From the NCBI GenBank assembly GCA_964016885.1, contig OZ024742.1:373426001-373490000 (forward strand): a DNA stretch of 64,000 nt, written 5' to 3'. Below, piece after piece: positions 1-14,280 of the stretch. The notes under the pieces were generated by a model. It did no database searches. It was not told the origin of the DNA and saw only the letters and a program-made list of their open reading frames with translations. The stretch's first letter is position 1. Every line of letters begins with the position of its first letter. Source of the DNA: Eledone cirrhosa. Its lineage: Eukaryota. Position numbers and translations under genes: made by a program.

Positions 1-2059
1 TCCCACAAGCCACATACATCTGATAGTCCCACAAGCCACATACCTCTGATAGTCCCACAAACCACATATTAGTCTGATAGTTCCACAAGCCACATACCTC
101 TGATAGTCCCACAAGCCAGATAATTGTCTGATAGTCCCACAGGTCACATATCTCTGATAGTCCCACAAGCCACATACCTCTGATAGTCCCACAAGCCACA
201 TACCTCTAATAGTCCCACAAGCCACATACCTCTGATAGTCTCACAAGCCACATACCTCTGATAGTCCCACTAGCCACATACCTCTGACAGTCCCACAAGC
301 TACATACCCCTCATAGTCCCACAAGCCACATACCTCTCATAGTCCAACACGCCACATATTAGTTTGATAGTCCCACAAGCCACATACCTCTGATAGTCCC
401 ACAAACCACATACCTCTGATAGTCCCACAAGCCACATATTAGTCTGATAGTCCCACAGGTCACATATTAATCTGATAGTCCATCAAGCCACATACCTCTG
501 ATAGTCCCACAAGCCACATACCTCTGATAGTCCCACAAACCACATATCTCTTATAGTCCCACAAGCCACATATTAATCTGATAGTCCATCAAGCCACATA
601 CCTCTGATAGTCCCACAAGCCACATACCTCTGATAGTCCCACAAGTCACATACCTCTGATAGTCCCACAAGTCACATACCTCTGATAGTCCCACAAGCTA
701 CATACCCCTCATAGTCCCACAAGCCACATACCTCTCATAGTCCAACACGCCACATATTAGTTTGATAGTCCCACAAGCCACATACCTCTGATAGTCCCAC
801 AAACCACATACCTCTGATAGTCCCACAAGCCACATATTAGTCTGATAGTCCCACAGGTCACATACTTCTGATAGTCCCACAAACCACATATCTCTGATAG
901 TCCCACAAGCCACATATTAATCTGATAGTCCATGAAGCCACATACCTCTGATAGTCCCACAAGCCACATACCTCTGATAGTCCCACAAGTCACATACCTC
1001 TGATAGTCCCACAAGTCACATACCTCTGGTAGTCCCACAAGCCACATACCTCTGATAGTACCACAAGCCACATACCTCTGATTGTCCCACAAGCCACATA
1101 CCTCTGATAGTCCCACAAGGCACATACCTCTGATAGTCCCACAAGCCACATATTAGTCTGATAGTCCCACAAGCCACATACCTCTGATAGTCCCACAAGC
1201 CACATATTAGTCTGATAGTCCCACAAGTCACATACCTCTGATTGTCCCACAAGCCACATATTAGTCTGATAGTCCCACAAGTCCCATACCTCTGATAGTC
1301 TTACAAGCCACATATTAGTATGATAGTCCCACAAGCCACATGCCTCTGATAGTCCCACAAGCCACATATTAGTCTGATAGTCCCACAAGCCACATACCTC
1401 TGATAGTCTCACAAGCCACATATTAGTCTGATAGTCCCACAAGTCACATACCTCTGATAGTCCCACAAGTCACATACCTCTTATAGTCCCACAAACCACA
1501 TACTTCTGATAGTCCCACAAGCCACATATTAGTCTGATAGTCCCACATGTCACATACCTCTGATAGTCCCACAAACCACATATTAGTCTGATAGTTCCAC
1601 AAGCGACATACCTCTGATAGTCCCACAAGCCACATATTAGTCTGATAGTCCCACAGGTTGCATATCTCTGATAGTCCCACAAGCGACATACCTCTGATAG
1701 TCCCACAAGCCACATACCTCTGATAGTCCCACAAGCCACATACCTCTGATAGTCTCACAAGCCACATACCTCTGATAGTCCCACTAGCCACATACCTCTG
1801 ATAGTCCCACAAGCCACATACCTCTGATAGTCACACAAGCCACATATTAGTCTGATAGTCCCACAAGTGACATACCTCTGATAGTCCCACAAACCACATA
1901 TTAGTCTGATAGTTCCACAAGCCACATACCTCTGATAGTCCCACAAGCCACATACCTCTGATAGTCCCACAAGCCACATATTAGTCTGATAGTCCCACAA
2001 GCCACATACCTCTGATAGTCCCACAAGCCACATACCTCTGATAGTCCCACAAGCCACAT

Positions 2060-5000
2060 ACCTCTGATAGTCCCACAAGCCACATACCTCTGATAGTCCC
2101 ACAAGCCACATATTAGTCTGATAGTCCCACAAGTGACATACCTCTGATAGTCCCACAAACCACATATTAGTCTGATAGTTCCACAAGCCACGTACCTCTG
2201 ATAGTCCCACAAGCCACATATTAGTCTGATAGTCCCACAGGTCACATATCTCTGATAGTCCCACAAGCCACATACCTCTGATAGTCCCACAAGCCACATA
2301 CCTCTGATAGTCCCACAAGCCACATATTAGTCTGATAGTTCCACAGGCCACATACCTCTGATAGTCCCACAAGCCACATATTAGTCTGATAGTCCCACAA
2401 GCCACATATCTCTGATAGTCCCACAAGCCACATATTAGTCTGATAGTCCCACAAGCGACATACCTCTGATAGTCCCACAAGCCACATACCTCTAATAGTC
2501 CCACATGTCACATACCTACGATAGTCCCACAAGCCACATATTAGTCTGATAGTCTTACAAGCCACATACCTCTGATAGTCCCACAAGTCATATACCTCTG
2601 ATATTCCCACAAGCCACATATTAGTCTGATAGTCCCACAAGCCACATATTAGTCTGATAGTCCCACAAACCACATAGTTCTGATAGTCCCACAAGCCACA
2701 TATAAGTATCATAGTCCCACAAGCCACATACTGCTGATAGTCCCACAAGCCACATATTGGTCTGATAGTCCCACAAGTCACATACCTCTGATAGTCCCAT
2801 AAGCCACATATTAATCTGATAGTCCCACAAGCCACATACATCTGATAGTCCCACAAGCCACATACCTCTGATAGTCCCACAAACCACATATTAGTCTGAT
2901 AGTTCCACAAGCCACATACCTCTGATAGTCCCACAAGCCAGATAATTGTCTGATAGTCCCACAGGTCACATATCTCTGATAGTCCCACAAGCCACATACC
3001 TCTGATAGTCCCACAAGCCACATACCTCTGATAGTCCCACAAGCCACATACCTCTGATAGTCTCACAAGCCACATACCTCTGATAGTCCCACTAGCCACA
3101 TACCTCTGACAGTCCCACAAGCTACATACCCCTCATAGTCCCACAAGCCACATACCTCTCATAGTCCAACACGCCACATATTAGTTTGATAGTCCCACAA
3201 GCCACATACCTCTGATAGTCCCACAAACCACATACCTCTGATCGTCCCACAAGCCACATACCTCTGATAGTCCCACAAACCACATATCTCTGATAGTCCC
3301 ACAAGCCACATATTAATCTGATAGTCCATCAAGCCACATACCTCTGATAGTCCCACAAGCCACATACCTCTGATAGTCCCACAAGTCACATACCTCTGAT
3401 AGTCCCACAAGTCACATACCTCTGATAGTCCCACAAGCCACATACCTCTGATAGTACCACAAGCCACATACCTCTGATTGTCCCACAAGCCACATACCTC
3501 TGATAGTCCCACAAGGCACATACCTCTGATAGTCCCACAAGCCACATATTAGTCTGATAGTCCCACAAGCCACATACCTCTGATAGTCCCACAAGCCACA
3601 TATTAGTCTGATAGTCCCACAAGTCACATACCTCTGATTGTCCCACAAGCCACATATTAGTCTGATAGTCCCACAAGTCCCATACCTCTGATAGTCTTAC
3701 AAGCCACATATTAGTATGATAGTCCCACAAGCCACATGCCTCTGATAGTCCCACAAGCCACATATTAGTCTGATAGTCCCACAAGTCACATACCTCTGAT
3801 AGTCCCACAAGCCACATATTAGTCTGATAGTCCCACAAATCACATACCTTTGATAGTCCCACAAGCCACATATTAATCTGATAGTCCCACAAGCCACATA
3901 CCTCTGATAGTCCCACAAGCCACATATTAGTCTGATAGTCCCACAAGCCAAATACCTCTGATAGTCCCACAAGCCACATACCTCTGATAGTCCCACAAGC
4001 CACATATTAGTCTGATAGTCCCACAGGTCACATATCTCTGATAGTCCCACAAGCGACATACCTCTGATAGTCCCACAAGCCACATACCTCTGATAGTCCC
4101 ACAAGCCACATACCTCTGATAGTCTCACAAGCCACATACCTCTGATAGTCCCACTAGCCACATACCTCTGATAGTCCCACAAGCTACATACCTCTCATAG
4201 TCCAACACGCCACATATTAGTTTGATAGTCCCACAAGCCACATACCTCTGATAGTCCCACAAACCACATACCTCTGATAGTCCCACAAGCCACATATTAG
4301 TCTGATAGTCCCACAAGTCACATACCTCTGATAGTCCCATAAGCCACATATTAATCTGATAGTCCCACAAGCCACATACATCTGATAGTCCCACAAGCCA
4401 CATACCTCTGATAGTCCCACAAACCACATATTAGTCTGATAGTTCCACAAGCCACATACCTCTGATAGTCCCACAAGCCAGATAATTGTCTGATAGTCCC
4501 ACAGGTCACATATCTCTGATAGTCCCACAAGCCACATACCTCTGATAGTCCCACAAGCCACATACCTCTGATAGTCCCACAAGCCACATACCTCTGATAG
4601 TCTCACAAGCCACATACCTCTGATAGTCCCACTAGCCACATACCTCTGACAGTCCCACAAGCTACATACCTCTCATAGTCCCACAAGCCACATACCTCAC
4701 ATAGTTCAACACGCCACATATTAGTTTGATAGTCCCACAAGCCACATACCTCTGATAGTCCCACAAACCACATACCTCTGATAGTCCCACAAGCCACATA
4801 TTAGTCTGATAGTCCCACAGGTCACATACTTCTGATAGTCCCACAAACCACATATCTCTGATAGTCCCACAACCCACATATTAGTCTGATAGTCCATCAA
4901 GCCACATACCTCTGATAGTCCCACAAGCCACATACTTCTGATAGTCCCACAAGTCACATACCTCTGATAGTCCCACAAGTCACATACCTCTGATAGTCCC

Positions 5001-8000
5001 ACAAGCCACATACCTCTGATAGTACCACAAGCCACATACCTCTGATTGTCCCACAAGCCACATACCTCTGATAGTCCCACAAGGCACATACCTCTGATAG
5101 TCCCACAAGCCACATATTAGTCTGATAGTCCCACAAGCCACATACCTCTGATAGTCCCACAAGCCACATATTAGTCTGATAGTCCCACAAGTCACATACC
5201 TCTGATTGTCCCACAAGCCACATATTAGTCTGATAGTCCCACAAGTCACATACCTCTGATAGTCTTACAAGCCACATATTAGTATGATAGTCCCACAAGC
5301 CACATGCCTCTGATAGTCCCGCAAGCCACATATTAGTCTGATAGTTCCACAAGTCACATACCTCTGATAGTCCCACAAGCCACATATTAGTCTGATAGTC
5401 CCACAAATCACATAGCTTTGATAGTCCCACAAGCCACATATTAATCTGATAGTCCCACAAGCCACATACCTCTGATAGTCCCACAAGCCACATATTAGTC
5501 TGATAGTCCCACAAGCCACATACCTCTGATAGTCCCACAAGCCACATACCTCTGATAGTCCCACAAGCCACATACCTCTGATAGTCCCACAAGCCACATA
5601 CCTCTGATAGTCCCACAAGTCACATACCTTTGGTAGTCCTACAAGCAACATATTAATCTGATAGTCCCACAAACCACATATCTCTGATAGTCCCACACGC
5701 AACATATTAGTCTGATAGTCCCACAAGCCACATACTTCTGATAGTCCCACAAGCCACATATTAGTCTGATAGTCCCACAAGCCACATACCTCTGATAGTC
5801 TCACAAGCCACATATTAGTCTGATAGTCCCACAAGTCACATACCTCTGATAGTCCCACAAGTCACATACCTCTTATAGTCCCACAAACCACATACTTCTG
5901 ATAGTCCCACAAGCCACATATTAGTCTGATAGTCCCACAAGCCACATACCTCTGATAGTCCCACAAACCACATATTAGTCTGATAGTTCCACAAGCCACA
6001 TACCTCTGATAGTTCCACAAGCCAGATAATTGTCTGATAGTCCCACAGGTCACATATCTCTGATAGTCCCACAAGCCACATACCTCTGATAGTCCCACAA
6101 GCCACATACCTCTGATAGTCCCACAAGCCACATACCTCTGATAGTCTCACAAGCCACATACCTCTGATAGTCCCACTAGCCACATACCTCTGACAGTCCC
6201 ACAAGCTACATACCCCTCATAGTCCCGCAAGCCACATACCTCTCATAGTCCAACACGCCACATATTAGTTTGGTAGTCCCACAAGCCACATACCTCTGAT
6301 AGTCCCACAAACCACATACCTCTGATAGTCCCACAAGCCACATATTAGTCTGATAGTCCCACAGGTCACATACTTCTGATAGTCCCACAAACCACATATC
6401 TCTGATAGTCCCACAAGCCACATATTAATCTGATAGTCCATCAAGCCACATACCTCTGATAGTCCCACAAGCCACATACCTCTGATAGTCCCACAAGTCA
6501 CATACCTCTGATAGTCCCACAAGTCACATACCTCTGATAGTCCCACAAGCCACATACCTCTGATAGTACCACAAGCCACATACCTCTGATTGTCCCACAA
6601 GCCACATACCTCTGATAGTCCCACAAGGCACATACCTCTGATAGTCCCACAAGCCACATATTAGTCTGATAGTCCCACAAGCCACATACCTCTGATAGTC
6701 CCACAAGCCACATATTAGTCTGATAGTCCCACAAGTCACATACTTCTGATTGTCCCACAAGCCACATATTAGTCTGATAGTCCCACAAGTCCCATACCTC
6801 TGATAGTCTTACAAGCCACATATTAGTATGATAGTCCCACAAGCCACATGCCTCTGATAGTCCCACAAGCCACATATTAGTCTGATAGTCCCACAAGTCA
6901 CATACCTCTGATAGTCCCACAAGCCACATATTAGTCTGATAGTCCCACAAATCACATACCTTTGATAGTCCCACAAGCCACATATTAATCTGATAGTCCC
7001 ACAAGCCACATACCTCTGATAGTCCCACAAGCCACATATTAGTCTGATAGTCCCACAAGCCAAATACCTCTGATAGTCCCACAAGCCACATACCTCTGAT
7101 AGTCCCACAAGCCACATATTAGTCTGATAGTCCCACAGGTCACATATCTCTGATAGTCCCACAAGCGACATACCTCTGATAGTCCCACAAGCCACATACC
7201 TCTGATAGTCCCACAAGCCACATACCTCTGATAGTCTCACAAGCCACATACCTCTGATAGTCCCACTAGCCACATACCTCTGATAGTCCCACAAGCTACA
7301 TACCTCTCATAGTCCAACACGCCACATATTAGTTTGATAGTCCCACAAGCCACATACCTCTGATAGTCCCACAAACCACATACCTCTGATAGTCCCACAA
7401 GCCGCATATTAGTCTGATAGTCCCACAGGTCACATACCTCTGATAGTCCCACAAACCACATACCTCTGATAGTCCCACAAGCCACATATTAGTCTGATAG
7501 TCCCACAAGTCACATACCTCTGATAGTCCCATAAGCCACATATTAATCTGATAGTCCCACAAGCCACATACATCTGATAGTCCCACAAGCCACATACCTC
7601 TGATAGTCCCACAAACCACATATTAGTCTGATAGTTCCACAAGCCACATACCTCTGATAGTCCCACAAGCCAGATAATTGTCTGATAGTCCCACAGGTCA
7701 CATATCTCTGATAGTCCCACAAGCCACATACCTCTGATAGTCCCACAAGCCACAAACCTCTAATAGTCCCACAAGCCACATACCTCTGATAGTCTCACAA
7801 GCCACATACCTCTGATAGTCCCACTAGCCACATACCTCTGACAGTCCCACAAGCTACATACCCCTCATAGTCCCACAAGCCACATACCTCTCATAGTCCA
7901 ATACGCCACATATTAGTTTGATAGTCCCACAAGCCACATACCTCTGATAGTCCCACAAACCACATACCTCTGATAGTCCCACAAGCCACATATTAGTCTG

Positions 8001-11000
8001 ATAGTCCCACAGGTCACATATTAATCTGATAGTCCATCAAGCCACATACCTCTGATAGTCCCACAAGCCACATACCTCTGATAGTCCCACAAACCACATA
8101 TCTCTGATAGTCCCACAAGCCACATATTAATCTGATAGTCCCACAAGCCACATACCTCTGATAGTCCCACAAGCCACATATTAGTCTGATAGTCCCACAA
8201 GCCAAATACCTCTGATAGTCCCACAAGCCACATACCTCTGATAGTCCCACAAGCCACATATTAGTCTGATAGTCCCACAAGTGACATACCTCTGATAGTC
8301 CCACAAACCACATATTAGTCTGATAGTTCCACAAGCCACGTACCTCTGATAGTCCCACAAGCCACATATTAGTCTGATAGTCCCACAGGTCACATATCTC
8401 TGATAGTCCCACAAGCCACATACCTCTGATAGTCCCACAAGCCACATACCTCTGATAGTCCCACAAGCCACATATTAGTCTGATAGTTCCACAGGCCACA
8501 TACCTCTGATAGTCCCACAAGCCACATATTAGTCTGATAGTCCCACAAGCCACATATCTCTGATAGTCCCACAAGCCACATATTAGTCTGATAGTCCCAC
8601 AAGCGACATACCTCTGATAGTCCCACAAGCCACATACCTCTGATAGTCCCACATGTCACATACCTACGATAGTCCCACAAGCCACATATTAGTCTGATAG
8701 TCTTACAAGCCACATACCTCTGATAGTCCCACAAGTCATATACCTCTGATATTCCCACAAGCCACATATTAGTCTGATAGTCCCACAAGCCACATATTAG
8801 TCTGATAGTCCCACAAACCACATAGTTCTGATAGTCCCACAAGCCACATATAAGTATCATAGTCCCACAAGCCACATACTGCTGATAGTCCCACAAGCCA
8901 CATATTGGTCTGATAGTCCCACAAGTCACATACCTCTGATAGTCCCATAAGCCACATATTAATCTGATAGTCCCACAAGCCACATACATCTGATAGTCCC
9001 ACAAGCCACATACCTCTGATAGTCCCACAAACCACATATTAGTCTGATAGTTCCACAAGCCACATACCTCTGATAGTCCCACAAGCCAGATAATTGTCTG
9101 ATAGTCCCACAGGTCACATATCTCTGATAGTCCCACAAGCCACATACCTCTGATAGTCCCACAAGCCACATACCTCTGATAGTCCCACAAGCCACATACC
9201 TCTGATAGTCTCACAAGCCACATAGCTCTGATAGTCCCACTAGCCACATACCTCTGACAGTCCCACAAGCTACATACCCCTCATAGTCCCACAAGCCACA
9301 TACCTCTCATAGTCCAACACGCCACATATTAGTTTGATAGTCCCACAAGCCACATACCTCTGATAGTCCCACAAACCACATACCTCTGATAGTCCCACAA
9401 GCCACATACCTCTGATAGTCCCACAAACCACATATCTCTGATAGTCCCACAAGCCACATATTAATCTGATAGTCCATCAAGCCACATACCTCTGATAGTC
9501 CCACAAGCCACATACCTCTGATAGTCCCACAAGTCACATACCTCTGATAGTCCCACAAGTCACATACCTCTGATAGTCCCACAAGCCACATACCTCTGAT
9601 AGTACCACAAGCCACATACCTCTGATTGTCCCACAAGCCACATACCTCTGATAGTCCCACAAGGCACATACCTCTGATAGTCCCACAAGCCACATATTAG
9701 TCTGATAGTCCCACAAGCCACATACCTCTGATAGTCCCACAAGCCACATATTAGTCTGATAGTCCCACAAGTCACATACCTCTGATTGTCCCACAAGCCA
9801 CATATTAGTCTGATAGTCCCACAAGTCCCATACCTCTGATAGTCTTACAAGCCACATATTAGTATGATAGTCCCACAAGCCACATGCCTCTGATAGTCCC
9901 ACAAGCCACATATTAGTCTGATAGTCCCACAAGTCACATACCTCTGATAGTCCCACAAGCCACATATTAGTCTGATAGTCCCACAAATCACATACCTTTG
10001 ATAGTCCCACAAGCCACATATTAATCTGATAGTCCCACAAGCCACATACCTCTGATAGTCCCACAAGCCACATATTAGTCTGATAGTCCCACAAGCCAAA
10101 TACCTCTGATAGTCCCACAAGCCACATACCTCTGATAGTCCCACAAGCCACATATTAGTCTGATAGTCCCACAGGTCACATATCTCTGATAGTCCCACAA
10201 GCGACATACCTCTGATAGTCCCACAAGCCACATACCTCTGATAGTCCCACAAGCCACATACCTCTGATAGTCTCACAAGCCACATACCTCTGATAGTCCC
10301 ACTAGCCACATACCTCTGATAGTCCCACAAGCTACATACCTCTCATAGTCCAACACGCCACATATTAGTTTGATAGTCCCACAAGCCACATACCTCTGAT
10401 AGTCCCACAAACCACATACCTCTGATAGTCCCACAAGCCACATATTAGTCTGATAGTCCCACAAGTCACATACCTCTGATAGTCCCATAAGCCACATATT
10501 AATCTGATAGTCCCACAAGCCACATACATCTGATAGTCCCACAAGCCACATACCTCTGATAGTCCCACAAACCACATATTAGTCTGATAGTTCCACAAGC
10601 CACATACCTCTGATAGTCCCACAAGCCAGATAATTGTCTGATAGTCCCACAGGTCACATATCTCTGATAGTCCCACAAGCCACATACCTCTGATAGTCCC
10701 ACAAGCCACATACCTCTGATAGTCCCACAAGCCACATACCTCTGATAGTCTCACAAGCCACATACCTCTGATAGTCCCACTAGCCACATACCTCTGACAG
10801 TCCCACAAGCTACATACCTCTCATAGTCCCACAAGCCACATACCTCACATAGTTCAACACGCCACATATTAGTTTGATAGTCCCACAAGCCACATACCTC
10901 TGATAGTCCCACAAACCACATACCTCTGATAGTCCCACAAGCCACATATTAGTCTGATAGTCCCACAGGTCACATACTTCTGATAGTCCCACAAACCAAA

Positions 11001-14000
11001 ATATCTCTGATAGTCCCACAACCCACATATTAGTCTGATAGTCCATCAAGCCACATACCTCTGATAGTCCCACAAGCCACATACCTCTGATAGTCCCACA
11101 AGTCACATACCTCTGATAGTCCCACAAGTCACATACCTCTGATAGTCCCACAAGCCACATACCTCTGATAGTACCACAAGCCACATACCTCTGATTGTCC
11201 CACAAGCCACATACCTCTGATAGTCCCACAAGGCACATACCTCTGATAGTCCCACAAGCCACATATTAGTCTGATAGTCCCACAAGCCACATACCTCTGA
11301 TAGTCCCACAAGCCACATATTAGTCTGATAGTCCCACAAGTCACATACCTCTGATTGTCCCACAAGCCACATATTAGTCTGATAGTCCCACAAGTCACAT
11401 ACCTCTGATAGTCTTACAAGCCACATATTAGTATGATAGTCCCACAAGCCACATGCCTCTGATAGTCCCACAAGCCACATATTAGTCTGATAGTCCCACA
11501 AGTCACATACCTCTGATAGTCCCACAAGCCACATATTAGTCTGATAGTCCCACAAATCACATACCTTTGATAGTCCCACAAGCCACATATTAATCTGATA
11601 GTCCCACAAGCCACATACCTCTGATAGTCCCACAAGCCACATATTAGTCTGATAGTCCCACAAGCCACATACCTCTGATAGTCCCACAAGCCACATACCT
11701 CTGATAGTCCCACAAGCCACATACCTCTGATAGTCCCACAAGCCACATACCTCTGATAGTCCCACAAGTCACATACCTTTGGTAGTCCTACAAGCAACAT
11801 ATTAATCTGATAGTCCCACAAACCACATATCTCTGATAGTCCCACACGCAACATATTAGTCTGATAGTCCCACAAGCCACATACTTCTGATAGTCCCACA
11901 AGCCACATATTAGTCTGATAGTCCCACAAGCCACATACCTCTGATAGTCTCACAAGCCACATATTAGTCTGATAGTCCCACAAGTCACATACCTCTGATA
12001 GTCCCACAAGTCACATACCTCTTATAGTCCCACAAACCACATACTTCTGATAGTCCCACAAGCCACATATTAGTCTGATAGTCCCACAAGCCACATACCT
12101 CTGATAGTCCCACAAACCACATATTAGTCTGATAGTTCCACAAGCCACATACCTCTGATAGTTCCACAAGCCAGATAATTGTCTGATAGTCCCACAGGTC
12201 ACATATCTCTGATAGTCCCACAAGCCACATACCTCTGATAGTCCCACAAGCCACATACCTCTGATAGTCCCACAAGCCACATACCTCTGATAGTCTCACA
12301 AGCCACATACCTCTGATAGTCCCACTAGCCACATACCTCTGACAGTCCCACAAGCTACATACCCCTCATAGTCCCACAAGCCACATACCTCTCATAGTCC
12401 AACACGCCACATATTAGTTTGATAGTCCCACAAGCCACATACCTCTGATAGTCCCACAAACCACATACCTCTGATAGTCCCACAAGCCACATATTAGTCT
12501 GATAGTCCCACAGGTCACATACTTCTGATAGTCCCACAAACCACATATCTCTGATAGTCCCACAAGCCACATATTAATCTGATAGTCCATCAAGCCACAT
12601 ACCTCTGATAGTCCCACAAGCCACATACCTCTGATAGTCCCACAAGTCACATACCTCTGATAGTCCCACAAGTCACATACCTCTGATAGTCCCACAAGCC
12701 ACATACCTCTGATAGTACCACAAGCCACATACCTCTGATTGTCCCACAAGCCACATACCTCTGATAGTCCCACAAGGCACATACCTCTGATAGTCCCACA
12801 AGCCACATATTAGTCTGATAGTCCCACAAGCCACATACCTCTGATAGTCCCACAAGCCACATATTAGTCTGATAGTCCCACAAGTCACATACTTCTGATT
12901 GTCCCACAAGCCACATATTAGTCTGATAGTCCCACAAGTCCCATACCTCTGATAGTCTTACAAGCCACATATTAGTATGATAGTCCCACAAGCCACATGC
13001 CTCTGATAGTCCCACAAGCCACATATTAGTCTGATAGTCCCACAAGTCACATACCTCTGATAGTCCCACAAGCCACATATTAGTCTGATAGTCCCACAAA
13101 TCACATACCTTTGATAGTCCCACAAGCCACATATTAATCTGATAGTCCCACAAGCCACATACCTCTGATAGTCCCACAAGCCACATATTAGTCTGATAGT
13201 CCCACAAGCCAAATACCTCTGATAGTCCCACAAGCCACATACCTCTGATAGTCCCACAAGCCACATATTAGTCTGATAGTCCCACAGGTCACATATCTCT
13301 GATAGTCCCACAAGCGACATACCTCTGATAGTCCCACAAGCCACATACCTCTGATAGTCCCACAAGCCACATACCTCTGATAGTCTCACAAGCCACATAC
13401 CTCTGATAGTCCCACTAGCCACATACCTCTGATAGTCCCACAAGCTACATACCTCTCATAGTCCAACACGCCACATATTAGTTTGATAGTCCCACAAGCC
13501 ACATACCTCTGATAGTCCCACAAACCACATACCTCTGATAGTCCCACAAGCCGCATATTAGTCTGATAGTCCCACAGATCACATACCTCTGATAGTCCCA
13601 CAAACCACATACCTCTGATAGTCCCACAAGCCACATATTAGTCTGATAGTCCCACAAGCCACATACCTCTGATAGTCCCACAAACCACATATTAGTCTGA
13701 TAGTTCCACAAGCCACATACCTCTGATAGTCCCACAAGCCAGATAATTGTCTGATAGTCCCACAGGTCACATATCTCTGATAGTCCCACAAGCCACATAC
13801 CTCTGATAGTCCCACAAGCCACATACCTCTAATAGTCCCACAAGCCACATACCTCTGATAGTCTCACAAGCCACATACCTCTGATAGTCCCACTAGCCAC
13901 ATACCTCTGACAGTCCCACAAGCTACATACCCCTCATAGTCCCACAAGCCACATACCTCTCATAGTCCAACACGCCACATATTAGTTTGATAGTCCCACA

Positions 14001-14280
14001 AGCCACATACCTCTGATAGTCCCACAAACCACATACCTCTGATAGTCCCACAAGCCACATATTAGTCTGATAGTCCCACAGGTCACATATTAATCTGATA
14101 GTCCATCAAGCCACATACCTCTGATAGTCCCACAAGCCACATACCTCTGATAGTCCCACAAACCACATATCTCTGATAGTCCCACAAGCCACATATTAAT
14201 CTGATAGTCCCACAAGCCACATACCTCTGATAGTCCCACAAGCCACATATTAGTCTGATAGTCCCACAAGCCAAATACCT
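2060..14280. repeat. Tandem duplication of an approximately 6.15-kb super-HOR (about 2060-8210 and 8210-14280)
   Basis: Variant landmarks and ORF-track entries recur at offset 6148 (2242->8390, 3386->9534; GTGAC at 2133->8281). The offset is 6149 after the 1-bp insertion near 10999 (4954->11103) and 6069 after an 80-bp, three-monomer deletion near 13660 (8014->14083). Boundaries are approximate. Confidence 0.9.

Noticed and set aside
28-42. Internal 7-bp direct repeat CCACA-AG-CCACA-TA within the monomer
   Set aside because: It is real but too short to support a claim about monomer origin or function.
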